Below are positions 22,105 to 31,398 of a DNA stretch of 64,000 nucleotides, in pieces. A program made the translations under genes and the position numbers. How positions within the stretch are numbered: position 1 is the stretch's first letter; each line of letters begins with the position of its first letter. The notes under the pieces are model-generated. The model was not told the DNA's origin, made no database searches, and saw nothing but the letters and a program-made list of their open reading frames with translations. This DNA comes from a virus: the IMG/VR virus record IMGVR_UViG_3300043410_001708, positions 42,270 to 106,269 of that record; one strand, 5' to 3'.

Positions 22105-22709
22105 TATTTTTTATTCAAAAGTTTATTCATCTTTTTAGGATTGAAATATTTGCGTCTAATTTTATCCAATCTCTTTAAACCAAATTGTAACGCAAGCGGT
22201 TTTACACGACTAGTATACACTATCCCGTTCATATGGTCAAGCTCATGAAGAAAACATCTTGCAGATATGCCACTAAAAGTTTTGGTACGTTTCTCACCTG
22301 TGAAATCCTGATACTCAACTTCCACATGTTCTGGTCTGGTGATACGAAGATTTAGGAAAGGGAATGAAAGGCATCCTTCTTCCATGTGTTTCTCACCACT
22401 TGATGAAATGATTTTCGGATTAAAGTATGCCACATATTCTTCACCGGCACCCATAACAAAAACACGGTACTCAAAACCACATTGATTAGCAGATAGTCCA
22501 ATACCGTTATGTTTTCTGCAAGTTTCTACCAATGTTGATGCGAAACTATTTGGATTGATTGGTGCATTTTCAAAATCAAACTCCGGTAGGACTTTGTAAA
22601 GTGCTGGATGGTCTGGCGGTACCAAGTCAAACGTTTCAACCTTTTCGGCTGTCGGTGCAACCTTAATGGTTTCTTCTGTGTTATATAAGACAATATCTTC
22701 TGTATTCAT
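22104..22709 (-). CDS. def: Peptide deformylase
   Basis: GIGLSANQ, EGCLS, HELDH. Confidence 0.95.
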   Translation of the reverse strand: MNTEDIVLYNTEETIKVAPTAEKVETFDLVPPDHPALYKVLPEFDFENAPINPNSFASTLVETCRKHNGIGLSANQCGFEYRVFVMGAGEEYVAYFNPKIISSSGEKHMEEGCLSFPFLNLRITRPEHVEVEYQDFTGEKRTKTFSGISARCFLHELDHMNGIVYTSRVKPLALQFGLKRLDKIRRKYFNPKKMNKLLNKK

Positions 22710-22720
22710 TTTGCAATCCT

Positions 22721-22859
22721 TTAAAATTTATAAAAATTATCTCTCTCAATAGCTGCTTTTTTGTAAGCTTCATGTGCTTCTTCTGGTTAAATTTCCTGTT
22801 TTTTCACAGTAATCAAACATCTCTTTTAATTCCAATTGTGTTATGTGTGCAATTGTCAT
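22721..22859 (-). pseudogene. Internally deleted HNH-AP2 homing endonuclease remnant
   Basis: MTIAHITQLELKEMFDYCEKTGNL fused out of frame to PEEAHEAYKKAA; bracketed by a 15-bp direct repeat. Confidence 0.6.
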
Positions 22860-24574
22860 TTTGCAATCCTACTGAAATTATTCTTTTTCTCGAACTTAAT
22901 CACGCTCCTAAATTTATCGAACAGTTGGTCGCCTTTATGTGAGATAACAAATACATTTGTATCTGCTCCCATTTCATGTATCAACTTCAGAAATTCTTCA
23001 GTGCCTACTGTATCAAGGCTAGAATCAAATACCTCATCAAGTATCAACAAATTTGTATTGGTACTATTCTTTAGTTTGGCAATTTGTCGCCAAGTAAACA
23101 ATAATGCCAAATCAATACGCATCTTTTCACCTTCTGAAAAATTAGCATAAGAGAAATCATCACGGTGTCTACTCTTAATTGTTTCTTCAAAATTTTCATT
23201 GATGTTAAAGTTAACAAAAAAGTCCATTGCTTTTAGGTACTTGTTAATCAACTTGTTCATTATTGGCAAGTATTGTTTGATAATACGTGTCTTAATGCCT
23301 CCATCTTTCAACAAAGTACCTGCAAATTCATGGTAATGTTTTTCTATCAAAGTTGATTCATAAGCTTTACGATATTCTTCTAATGCAGCATTCAGTTCAG
23401 TTAATTTTTGGTCACTGCCTTCCGTATTAGATTGTTTCTTAGTCAGTTCATCAATCTCAATATTCAACTTAGAAATGTAGTTGTTTATTGCTGATATGGT
23501 AGAAGTATGTTTAATAACTTCACCATGATGTTGACTGATATGTGAAAGTATATCCGTTATTGATTTTATTTCAGTAGTTACTTTGTTTAACTCCTGTTCA
23601 ATCTCAACCAGTCCAGTTTTTTGTGTAGAGATTTTCTCTGTTTTTTCTTGTACTTGAGAATTTTTCCACTCAGGTGTGATAGATTGTTTGCAAGTTGGGC
23701 AATCGTGGTTGTTTTCATAGAAGTCAATCTCCTTTTGATTTCGGTCAATATTAGTTTGTACTTTACCTTTGATTTGAAACAGACTCTTGGATTTTTTATC
23801 CAGTTTCTCTTTCTTATCACCAACCTTATTCTGTAATACCGCAATGTGTTTATTAATCAACTGAATATCACTTTGCAATGTACTCATTTGTGTTTTTGAT
23901 TTTTCTATTTCTTCCTGTTTGCGTTTTATTTCTGCATCGTGGTTCTTTTTATGTTCCTCGATGTTTTGTTTTTGTAGTGTTATCTTTTCTTCTGTCAAAG
24001 AAATGGCATACTTGGATTTATTTAAGTCATCTTTAATTGCCGAGTTCTTTTCTTTAATGACGTTGTTCATTGAGGAAAAGATTTGAATGTCTAGTAGGTC
24101 TTCAATGATTGCCCTACGGTCAGCAGCCGATAACTGCATGAATGGAACAAAGGATGCTGAACCAAGAATGACAACCTGCGTGAAGGACTTGTAATTTAGT
24201 TTGAGAATATTATTCTCTAGTATCTCTTGATAGTCTTTTGCAGCTGCATCTTGGTTCAGCAATACATCATTCAAATAAATTTCAAATACGTTTGGTTTAA
24301 TACCACGAATGACCTTATATTTCTTTTGGCCAATGTTGAAATGTACTTCAACGACTGCCTCTTTACCATTGACAGAGTTGAGTAATTGTGGTTTGTTTAT
24401 CTTACGAAATGGTTTACCAAATAAACCAAAACACAATGCATCCAAAATTGTGGACTTGCCTGCACCATTATGGCCAATAATCAATGTGTTATTGGACTTG
24501 GTAAAATCAATCTCAGTAAAGTGTGCTCCAGTGGATAGAAAGTTCTTCCACTTAATCTTTTGGAATAAAATCAT
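22856..24574 (-). CDS. gp46: Rad50/SbcC-like recombination ATPase
   Basis: KNFLSTG, GHNGAGKST, CPTC zinc hook, FSEGEK, ILDEVFD. Confidence 0.97.
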   Translation of the reverse strand: MILFQKIKWKNFLSTGAHFTEIDFTKSNNTLIIGHNGAGKSTILDALCFGLFGKPFRKINKPQLLNSVNGKEAVVEVHFNIGQKKYKVIRGIKPNVFEIYLNDVLLNQDAAAKDYQEILENNILKLNYKSFTQVVILGSASFVPFMQLSAADRRAIIEDLLDIQIFSSMNNVIKEKNSAIKDDLNKSKYAISLTEEKITLQKQNIEEHKKNHDAEIKRKQEEIEKSKTQMSTLQSDIQLINKHIAVLQNKVGDKKEKLDKKSKSLFQIKGKVQTNIDRNQKEIDFYENNHDCPTCKQSITPEWKNSQVQEKTEKISTQKTGLVEIEQELNKVTTEIKSITDILSHISQHHGEVIKHTSTISAINNYISKLNIEIDELTKKQSNTEGSDQKLTELNAALEEYRKAYESTLIEKHYHEFAGTLLKDGGIKTRIIKQYLPIMNKLINKYLKAMDFFVNFNINENFEETIKSRHRDDFSYANFSEGEKMRIDLALLFTWRQIAKLKNSTNTNLLILDEVFDSSLDTVGTEEFLKLIHEMGADTNVFVISHKGDQLFDKFRSVIKFEKKNNFSRIAK

Positions 24575-25638
24575 GCTTGTTCAGTATTCAATGCCTCTAC
24601 GTAGAGTTCTTTCAATAATGTTTTTAACCGGTCGTTGTCAATACTTTCTTCCGTAATGCCATCAACATACTTGTTTAATATAGTGAGTGTATCTTCTGCT
24701 TCATCAATTACATCCTCACCGTCTTCCAACTCTGTAATATCTTCTGCAATACTAATGTCCGCAGGGTTTACATTATACAGGTTATTCATGAACTTGTCAA
24801 ACAAATATGGGTTGTTTTTATTAATTACAACCACTTTAACATAGGTGTTTGTGTATGGCTTTAAATCTTTGCCATCAATTTCTTTGATAGATTGTTCTTT
24901 GTCATCGTAAATAATACGATGGAACATTTTATTTGGATTCTCTATGAATTCCAGTTGGTGAGTATCCAGGTCAAACAGATGAAAACCCCGGCTGTCATTA
25001 TAATCTTGCCAAGTAAGTTCGTACGGATTGCCCAAATAGTAGATATCATCACTAGAAGATTTGTGATGGTAATGACCACTAAAAGTGTGACTAAACTTCC
25101 TAAAAATAGCACGATCCAACCCTCCTTCAGATGGCATGCCACGATACATGGCAAAGCCTGCAATTTCAAAATGACCCATACAAAACTTTGCATCGGTCTC
25201 CTTTAATGTCTTTAAAGAATCTTCATAATTATCTGGACATATCCAAGGCATCATACAAATCTTATGTGGTCCAACATATATTTCGGTTGGATGGTCAATA
25301 ACATTTAATGATATACCATATTCACCAAGAAGTAAATCGGCTGAATTAATATCATTGGTGTTCTTAAAGTAAGTGTCGTGGTTGCCTGCCAGCATATGCA
25401 CTTGAATACCCATTTCAAACAATGGTTCAAAGAACATTTGTTTGGCACGTTTCAATGAGAAGAAGTTGATGTACTTTCTACGGTCAAATGTATCACCAAG
25501 AATGAGTACGGTATCAATCTTTTCTTTCACCAATGTTGGAAAGAAAGTCTCTTTATAAAACTTCTCAAAGAAATCCAAAAACAATGTTGAATCGTTTCTG
25601 GCACCAAAATGTTGGTCAGTAATTATCGCAACTTTCAT
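24571..25638 (-). CDS. gp47: Mre11/SbcD-like recombination nuclease
   Basis: TDQHFG, LGDTFD, GNHD, GHFE, SGHYH. Confidence 0.97.
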   Translation of the reverse strand: MKVAIITDQHFGARNDSTLFLDFFEKFYKETFFPTLVKEKIDTVLILGDTFDRRKYINFFSLKRAKQMFFEPLFEMGIQVHMLAGNHDTYFKNTNDINSADLLLGEYGISLNVIDHPTEIYVGPHKICMMPWICPDNYEDSLKTLKETDAKFCMGHFEIAGFAMYRGMPSEGGLDRAIFRKFSHTFSGHYHHKSSSDDIYYLGNPYELTWQDYNDSRGFHLFDLDTHQLEFIENPNKMFHRIIYDDKEQSIKEIDGKDLKPYTNTYVKVVVINKNNPYLFDKFMNNLYNVNPADISIAEDITELEDGEDVIDEAEDTLTILNKYVDGITEESIDNDRLKTLLKELYVEALNTEQA

Positions 25639-26075
25639 ACTATATTTTTCATCATCTTTTCTGCTTCCGCATCCACTACTCTTTGCCTCAACTCTGTTGT
25701 TGAAAAAGTGTGTTCACGTTTGTTAAAGTAAAATTTTATACCTTTACTGATACACTCTTGCCTACCCGTAAAAGTTTTGTTTTCATACTCATCACCTAGG
25801 ATTCTAACATTAATTGCATAAGAAAGCAATATGTCCAACAGGTCTTTTTCCGTGGCATAAACCACAATTTCATCCACATATTTGCAGGCTTGTAGTTGTA
25901 CATACCTTTCAAAGATGCTTTGAACTGGCCTGTTTTTTTCTTTAGGTCTATCTATGGTAGGGTCGGTTTGTAATCCAACTATAAGATAATCACACTGTTG
26001 TTTGGCTTCTTTAAGCATTATAATATGTCCAGCATGAAACAAATCAAAAGTGGAACAAGTAAATCCAATTTTCAT
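25635..26075 (-). CDS. Cytidylyltransferase (TagD-like)
   Basis: STFDLFHAGH (HxGH), IVGLQTD, FSTTELR; start moved to MKIGFTC. Confidence 0.88.
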   Translation of the reverse strand: MKIGFTCSTFDLFHAGHIIMLKEAKQQCDYLIVGLQTDPTIDRPKEKNRPVQSIFERYVQLQACKYVDEIVVYATEKDLLDILLSYAINVRILGDEYENKTFTGRQECISKGIKFYFNKREHTFSTTELRQRVVDAEAEKMMKNIV

Positions 26076-26079
26076 TATA

Positions 26080-26625
26080 TCACTCCTCAATAAATTTTTC
26101 AAGCCCTTTTGGTTTCTTTGCAGCGTCTTTGCCAGCCTTCTTAGTCTTTCTGGCATCTTCATATGTTTCAATGAACTCTGCAATATTCTCATATAGTTCG
26201 AATTGTTTTGTGGTACCATCTTCCGATTCTAACATTTCAAATTCATCCAGAATACCATACATCTCTGTTGCTTTGTACTTAACGTATAGTTGTTTCTTTT
26301 CTTTTTGTATTCGGCGTAGGAATGCAAAATAGATGACTTGAGTGAAATAGGCAAATGGATTGTTAGACTTAGATGGGTCAAAGTTCTCAAAGTACATCAA
26401 ACAATTTTCGATACCATCAGAAATCATTTCGTCACGGTAAGTATAATTGATGAAGTTTGGTTTATGAGATAGTCCTTCGGCAATTTTCATAAAACATTCA
26501 CCAATGTAATTTGGAATGTTTGGTTTTGGTTTGCCAGCCGCTTCGGCTTCTACGCATCTAGCCTTGTAATCGACAAGTGCCTTTAGGAAATCTTGATTGT
26601 TTATATAATGTTTTTGTTTACTCAT
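26080..26625 (-). CDS. gp55: Late-transcription sigma factor
   Basis: HYINN..F, KIAEGLS.KPNF.NY, NPFAYFTQ..YFAFLRRIQKEKKQ. Confidence 0.97.
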   Translation of the reverse strand: MSKQKHYINNQDFLKALVDYKARCVEAEAAGKPKPNIPNYIGECFMKIAEGLSHKPNFINYTYRDEMISDGIENCLMYFENFDPSKSNNPFAYFTQVIYFAFLRRIQKEKKQLYVKYKATEMYGILDEFEMLESEDGTTKQFELYENIAEFIETYEDARKTKKAGKDAAKKPKGLEKFIEE

Positions 26626-26647
26626 TCAAATGTACCATAAAAAGTTG

Positions 26648-26676
26648 TTGACAAAGGGCTTGACATGTGATATAGT
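26648..26676 (+). promoter_or_regulatory. Sigma70 promoter oriented antisense to the uvsW unit
   Basis: TTGACA-17-TATAGT with extended -10 TG on the plus strand. Confidence 0.6.
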
Positions 26677-26697
26677 TCACGGTGTCCCCCTATGATA

Positions 26698-27048
26698 TTA
26701 ATGTAATAAGGATTTACCAATTTCCTTTTCTTCGAAAGCAGCTAGTACCTCATCATTGAGTTCCACTTCTCTTTCTTTTCTCTCAGAGTCTTTTAACCGA
26801 ATTACTGACGAAATATAATATTCTTCAAAATCTTCGGACGGATCCATTGTACATAAAACATTTTCGGTTCCAATCTCAACAGATTCACCTTTCATTACGG
26901 CCATTGGTAACCAGTACTGTAGTACCAGATTTATGCCCCTGAGTTCAAACAACATGGGATTGTCAATCACCAGTTTGTTATTCTTTTCAAAAATGCAGTC
27001 ACAGATTATATCTAGACCATCTTTAAAACGTAAAATTTTAACTGCCAT
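26698..27048 (-). CDS. Conserved T4-like hypothetical protein (Sm-like candidate)
   Basis: KILRFKDGLDII N-terminus; usual position between uvsW and gp55. Confidence 0.6.
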   Translation of the reverse strand: MAVKILRFKDGLDIICDCIFEKNNKLVIDNPMLFELRGINLVLQYWLPMAVMKGESVEIGTENVLCTMDPSEDFEEYYISSVIRLKDSERKEREVELNDEVLAAFEEKEIGKSLLH

Positions 27049-28525
27049 TTTTTAGTCCTATATTGTAAATCTTAAAAGAGAACTGTTCTTCATTATATAT
27101 CTTCACTCTTTCAACGAAATGTTGCAGAGTAAAGTTTGTGTGTTTTTTGATTCTAAGGTCATCTGCAATATCATAAAGTGTTGCAATCTCTTTATTATCC
27201 GACTGTCTCAGTCCACGACCAATAGATTGTAAGTTTCTCACCCTCGATTTTGATGGTGATGTGAATATGATATTGTGTAAGTTCTTGATGTTGATACCGG
27301 TACTTGTTGTACCAAACGAAGCCACAAATATGGCGTTGTTCGATAACTCCATAAGTCTACGTATTTCTTCTCTAACATCCGTTTCAACACCACCGTCAAC
27401 AAAGAATACATTTCGACCGACTGCCTTTTCTCTAATCATTTCATAAAGTAATTTGCCATGTTTTTTCATTTGAAACAATACCAATGTATTCTTGTCTAAA
27501 CTTACAGCCAAGTTACGAATAAAACGATTTCGATTTTCAGACTCAATTAGAAATTTCAATTCATCAGGATAAGATTTATCTTTCATTTCTTGACAAATCT
27601 CCTCAGAGTGTTTCAATACCAAACACTTGATGTTAAATGGAGATAATTGTTTCTTGTCAATCAATTCTTTGGTGGTGATAACCTTTTTAGTTGGTCCAAA
27701 CAAACCTTCTAGTACCAATTTGTGTGTTTTAGTTCCATCCAAAGTTCCAGTAAGACCAATTCGGTACTTGGCATTTACACAAGCCGTCAATATAGATGTT
27801 AACGATTGTGCTTTGAATAGGTGTGCTTCGTCACCAATCACATAATCAAATTGGTGGAAGTATTCTGCGGGCAATTTGTAGAGAGATTGCCAAGTAGAGA
27901 TTGTAAGTTTTTTGTCAGTTACTTTATCTTTACCTTGATAGATTCTATGTACATTACCTTCAACATCAAAACCATTTTCACTTGAATAATCTTGGAAGTC
28001 TGTGTACAACTGTTCTACCAATGATGTTGTTGGTACAATAATTAAACCTTTCAGTTCTTGATAATCCAATAATTGTCTAAACAATAAGTATATGATAAGT
28101 GATTTACCTGATGCTGTTGGTGACAATAATAAGGTTCTACGTTTTTGGATTGCTTCAATAAACGCATTTTGTTGGTGTTCTCTGACACCGATTGGTTTAC
28201 TATTTGAATGTAGATTCAAAGTATCAAAGAATTTGTGTGCGTGATACACAGAATATTCATCTTCAATCAAATTATGTGAATATGCATACTCACGTTCATC
28301 ACAAAACTCCGTAAGATACGGAACTAGTCCAAGATATAGTTGACTGGTTTGTAGATTGAATAGACGAATCTTACCATCCCAAATGCGATTCCGATAGGCT
28401 GGAACGAATTGATAACCAGGTACAAAGAACGTGAAGTATTCTGATAGTTCCCTTGCAACGTGGCGTTCACAGACCACTTTACCGTACACCTCATTTACTT
28501 TTGCTATTGTAATGTGTTCAGACAT
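27038..28525 (-). CDS. uvsW: SF2 helicase UvsW
   Basis: WDGKIRL, SPTASGKS, DEAH, QSIGRGLR. Confidence 0.96.
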   Translation of the reverse strand: MSEHITIAKVNEVYGKVVCERHVARELSEYFTFFVPGYQFVPAYRNRIWDGKIRLFNLQTSQLYLGLVPYLTEFCDEREYAYSHNLIEDEYSVYHAHKFFDTLNLHSNSKPIGVREHQQNAFIEAIQKRRTLLLSPTASGKSLIIYLLFRQLLDYQELKGLIIVPTTSLVEQLYTDFQDYSSENGFDVEGNVHRIYQGKDKVTDKKLTISTWQSLYKLPAEYFHQFDYVIGDEAHLFKAQSLTSILTACVNAKYRIGLTGTLDGTKTHKLVLEGLFGPTKKVITTKELIDKKQLSPFNIKCLVLKHSEEICQEMKDKSYPDELKFLIESENRNRFIRNLAVSLDKNTLVLFQMKKHGKLLYEMIREKAVGRNVFFVDGGVETDVREEIRRLMELSNNAIFVASFGTTSTGINIKNLHNIIFTSPSKSRVRNLQSIGRGLRQSDNKEIATLYDIADDLRIKKHTNFTLQHFVERVKIYNEEQFSFKIYNIGLKNGS

Positions 28526-28730
28526 AATGATATCTCAAAGCATAGTATAATGCCAAACATGCAAAATAAAAGACGACATAATATAAAGCCCTAGTTCTCC
28601 ACATGGTTGCAGCAAAGAACATGCCAACCATAAAAGAGAATAGGTTTATTGCCTCAAACGATATTGTGAAGAAATTACTTGACATATTTTTCCTTTTTTT
28701 TATTAAAATGCCTATCGGCAATTTCTTCAA
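28518..28730 (-). CDS. Small membrane protein (true start probably MSSNFF at 28685)
   Basis: Two hydrophobic segments. Confidence 0.5.
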   Translation of the reverse strand: MKKLPIGILIKKRKNMSSNFFTISFEAINLFSFMVGMFFAATMWRTRALYYVVFYFACLALYYALRYHYV

Positions 28731-28881
28731 TTACTATGGTTAATATAGGTCTATATTGTTTATCAACCCAATGTTTAGCTGCCCAATCCAAATATTCATC
28801 AGGCACATCTTTTAGATAAAACCCTTTATATTTACCAAATGGCAACGGTGTATGTTTTCTGGATACGTGGTCTTTCTTCAT
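28675..28881 (-). CDS. Small PFGKYKG-motif protein (DUF3820-like)
   Basis: LPFGKYKG..LKDVPDEYLDW. Confidence 0.7.
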   Translation of the reverse strand: MKKDHVSRKHTPLPFGKYKGFYLKDVPDEYLDWAAKHWVDKQYRPILTIVIEEIADRHFNKKKEKYVK

Positions 28882-28882
28882 G

Positions 28883-29317
28883 TTACTGTCCGTTTACAAA
28901 TTTTTCCCATGAGATAAAGTCTCTTAACTGCCACGTTCTTTGTTTAAGTTCTGCCATCACCGATTCTATTACGGAGATAACTTCTTCGTGGTAGACCTTC
29001 TTTTCAAGTAATTTGATAAGGTCTTTGTCTGCTTCTAGGTAAGTATTGATATCCGATTTGAGTGCAAACTGGAATGGTTCCCATCCGTATTGTTCCAATT
29101 CTTCTTCGGACATTTTGCCAGTAAAGTATTCCCACTTTACTTTACGCATACGTAGATAATCAAAGTGTGCTTTCTTTGATGCAATCTTATGTTTAGTAAG
29201 GATGCCAAGATACTTACTATGATATTTGGGAATGTTTAATAGTTCTTTAGATGGTTCAGTTTGGTCAATAACCGCATCCGATTCCCACATTTTTAAAACT
29301 TGTTCAAGTGTTTCCAT
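28883..29317 (-). CDS. uvsY: Recombination mediator UvsY
   Basis: W..D..ID, IPKYHSKYL, KWEYFTGK, R.WQL...I.W.KF..G. Confidence 0.93.
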   Translation of the reverse strand: METLEQVLKMWESDAVIDQTEPSKELLNIPKYHSKYLGILTKHKIASKKAHFDYLRMRKVKWEYFTGKMSEEELEQYGWEPFQFALKSDINTYLEADKDLIKLLEKKVYHEEVISVIESVMAELKQRTWQLRDFISWEKFVNGQ

Positions 29318-29423
29318 ATCTATTCATCTATCTATTCAAATAACAAAATCTCTTTAGAAATCAACAACTTAATGTCATTTTATCTATTCAAAACATTATA
29401 ACACAAAATGATTACACTGTCAA
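29317..29423 (-). promoter_or_regulatory. uvsY promoter region with IHF consensus and three direct repeats
   Basis: TTGACA-17-TATAAT (29395-29423); AATCAACAACTTA (29359-29371); TATCTATTCA three times. Confidence 0.65.
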
Positions 29424-29924
29424 GTATGTGTATGACTGATATCTAAATGTTGCCGTTGCGGTCATTATTGTGTCCGCAGATTGTGTGGTATCAAATCTAA
29501 TATCACTAATACTCAAAGGAAAAACATTTAGATATTGTATTCTTAATATTGGATTATTCAGTCCGCTTAGAATCGTTAAAGTGGCATCTGAAAAATGTTT
29601 GTTTGTTTGCAATTCTTTACTGCCGTCACGTTTTTCAAAACCATCGGGGTCTGCCATGGTAAGAAACCAATCATATATGTTTTTCCATCCCTGCAATTCT
29701 TCATCTAATATGAATTCTACAGTCAATGGATCATAACTCAATTTTGTACCAGGCGAGTACATATCCAAAAATGGCGTTGCTCTATTCACTTCACCCAATG
29801 TAACACCAGGAAGATTAACTGTTTGACAGAAATATTGAGTTGTTCTGATTCTATCAAACGTTAATAGAAACTTGGTAGGTTGAAGTAAATTGGTATTTTG
29901 TGGTGTTCTGGTTATTGCAGACAT
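29412..29924 (-). CDS. gp3: Tail tube terminator/sheath stabiliser
   Basis: N.LQPTKF, YFCQTVNLPG, DATLTIL, FP.SIS; located after gp23. Confidence 0.8.
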   Translation of the reverse strand: MSAITRTPQNTNLLQPTKFLLTFDRIRTTQYFCQTVNLPGVTLGEVNRATPFLDMYSPGTKLSYDPLTVEFILDEELQGWKNIYDWFLTMADPDGFEKRDGSKELQTNKHFSDATLTILSGLNNPILRIQYLNVFPLSISDIRFDTTQSADTIMTATATFRYQSYTYLTV

Positions 29925-29953
29925 TTTATCTCCTCTACTACTATTTAGGAGCC

Positions 29954-29982
29954 AAAAAAAAGACCACCCGAAGGTGGTCTTT
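29954..29982 (-). terminator. Intrinsic terminator after gp23
   Basis: AAGACCACC-TTCG-GGTGGTCTT plus T run. Confidence 0.9.
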
Positions 29983-30010
29983 AAGTATCACTCTATGGTG
30001 ACTTTTTATC

Positions 30011-31357
30011 TTACATCAAGTTTTTAACTTGGAAGATACGGTAGTACACGTTAGTACGTGGGTTCAATGCACCGTTGCCAGATGCAAGACCGTTTGCGAA
30101 TGGGTTTGCAACCATGCCGTAACGAGTCTTGAAACCAATTTTTGGTTGGAATGTGAACTGGTCAACTGCACGAACCATTTGTAGAGGAACGTATGGGCAG
30201 TAGAATAGACCAGCGTCATAAGGAGAAGAACCCTTATAACCAACAGTAACCAATTCTTGGTTAGAAGTGTAACCACCGAAATATGGATCGATGTAAACTT
30301 TGATACGACCATGCAACATACCAGCAAATGTATTGCCTGTATCGTCAACTTGTAGGTCAGCAGATAGAGCTGGTGTGTATTGTAGAACACCGGCCATTGC
30401 CATAGCAGAAGCAACGTCAGATGATACAATCATCACGTTACCTTTACCTCTACGAGTTTGTTTTGCAATAACGTTAGCATCACGTTCAATTTGGAAAATC
30501 AAACCTTTGAAACGTTCAACTGACCAACGACCGTTAGAATCTGTGTCCAAGTCAAATGCACCAGCAGTTGTAGTACCATATTGAGCACCTGCAACAGCAG
30601 TTGTATAGATTGTACGGATAACTTCACGGTTAATTTCAGACAAAATTTCTGTAGAAAGAATGTTTGACAACTCTGTTTCTGCGTCCAAGCCATGAATTGC
30701 CTTCAAGTCTTGTGCAAGTTCTAGAGAGTATTCTGCCTTCAACGCACGGCTTTGAGCAGTAACTGTAACCTTTTCGATAGAGAAAGCCATTTGTTTGAAA
30801 GGACTATCTGTATCAGCACCCAATGCTTCAGCAGTTGCTGTAGTCATTGCGATACCAGTTGTATAGTGGTTAGCAGTCAAGTCTGCAACAGGGCTTGTAC
30901 GGATGTCAGTTGCGTTGTTACCACGGAAACCGTATGGGTTAGACGTAGACAATGCACCAGAGAATTCTGTATTTGCTTCGTTGAAGAATGCTTCGTTTGT
31001 GTTACCTGGACCACCTGATTGTGTGTCGTAACGAGCACGCATTGCGAAGATAAGACCTGTAGGTCCTGTCATTGGCTGAACGCCTGCAACGTCATAAGCA
31101 ATCAAGTTTGGCAATGCACGGCGAACCAAGCTAATCAAGATTGGGTCGTAGTTAGAAATGCCAGAACCTGTAACGTTTGTTGGTGCAGCAGAAACAGCAG
31201 TTTCATTCAACTGTTGTGCAGCAGCGGCCATTTCACGTTGTTGGTTTTCCAAAACAAGTGCTGTAACAGCTTTCTTGTATGGATCTTTGATGGACTCTAG
31301 GCCTTCGTGTTCAAGCACTGGCGCCCATTTCTTTTGTAGTTCTTCGGTTAGATACAT
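30011..31357 (-). CDS. gp23: Major capsid protein
   Basis: KWAPVL, GVQPMTGPTGLIFAMR, SRALKAEYSLELAQDLKAIHG, FQPKIGFKTRYG. Confidence 0.99.
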   Translation of the reverse strand: MYLTEELQKKWAPVLEHEGLESIKDPYKKAVTALVLENQQREMAAAAQQLNETAVSAAPTNVTGSGISNYDPILISLVRRALPNLIAYDVAGVQPMTGPTGLIFAMRARYDTQSGGPGNTNEAFFNEANTEFSGALSTSNPYGFRGNNATDIRTSPVADLTANHYTTGIAMTTATAEALGADTDSPFKQMAFSIEKVTVTAQSRALKAEYSLELAQDLKAIHGLDAETELSNILSTEILSEINREVIRTIYTTAVAGAQYGTTTAGAFDLDTDSNGRWSVERFKGLIFQIERDANVIAKQTRRGKGNVMIVSSDVASAMAMAGVLQYTPALSADLQVDDTGNTFAGMLHGRIKVYIDPYFGGYTSNQELVTVGYKGSSPYDAGLFYCPYVPLQMVRAVDQFTFQPKIGFKTRYGMVANPFANGLASGNGALNPRTNVYYRIFQVKNLM

Positions 31358-31398
31358 TAGTTTTCTCCTTGTTAGTATCTTTTATTGGTAAATTTTAT

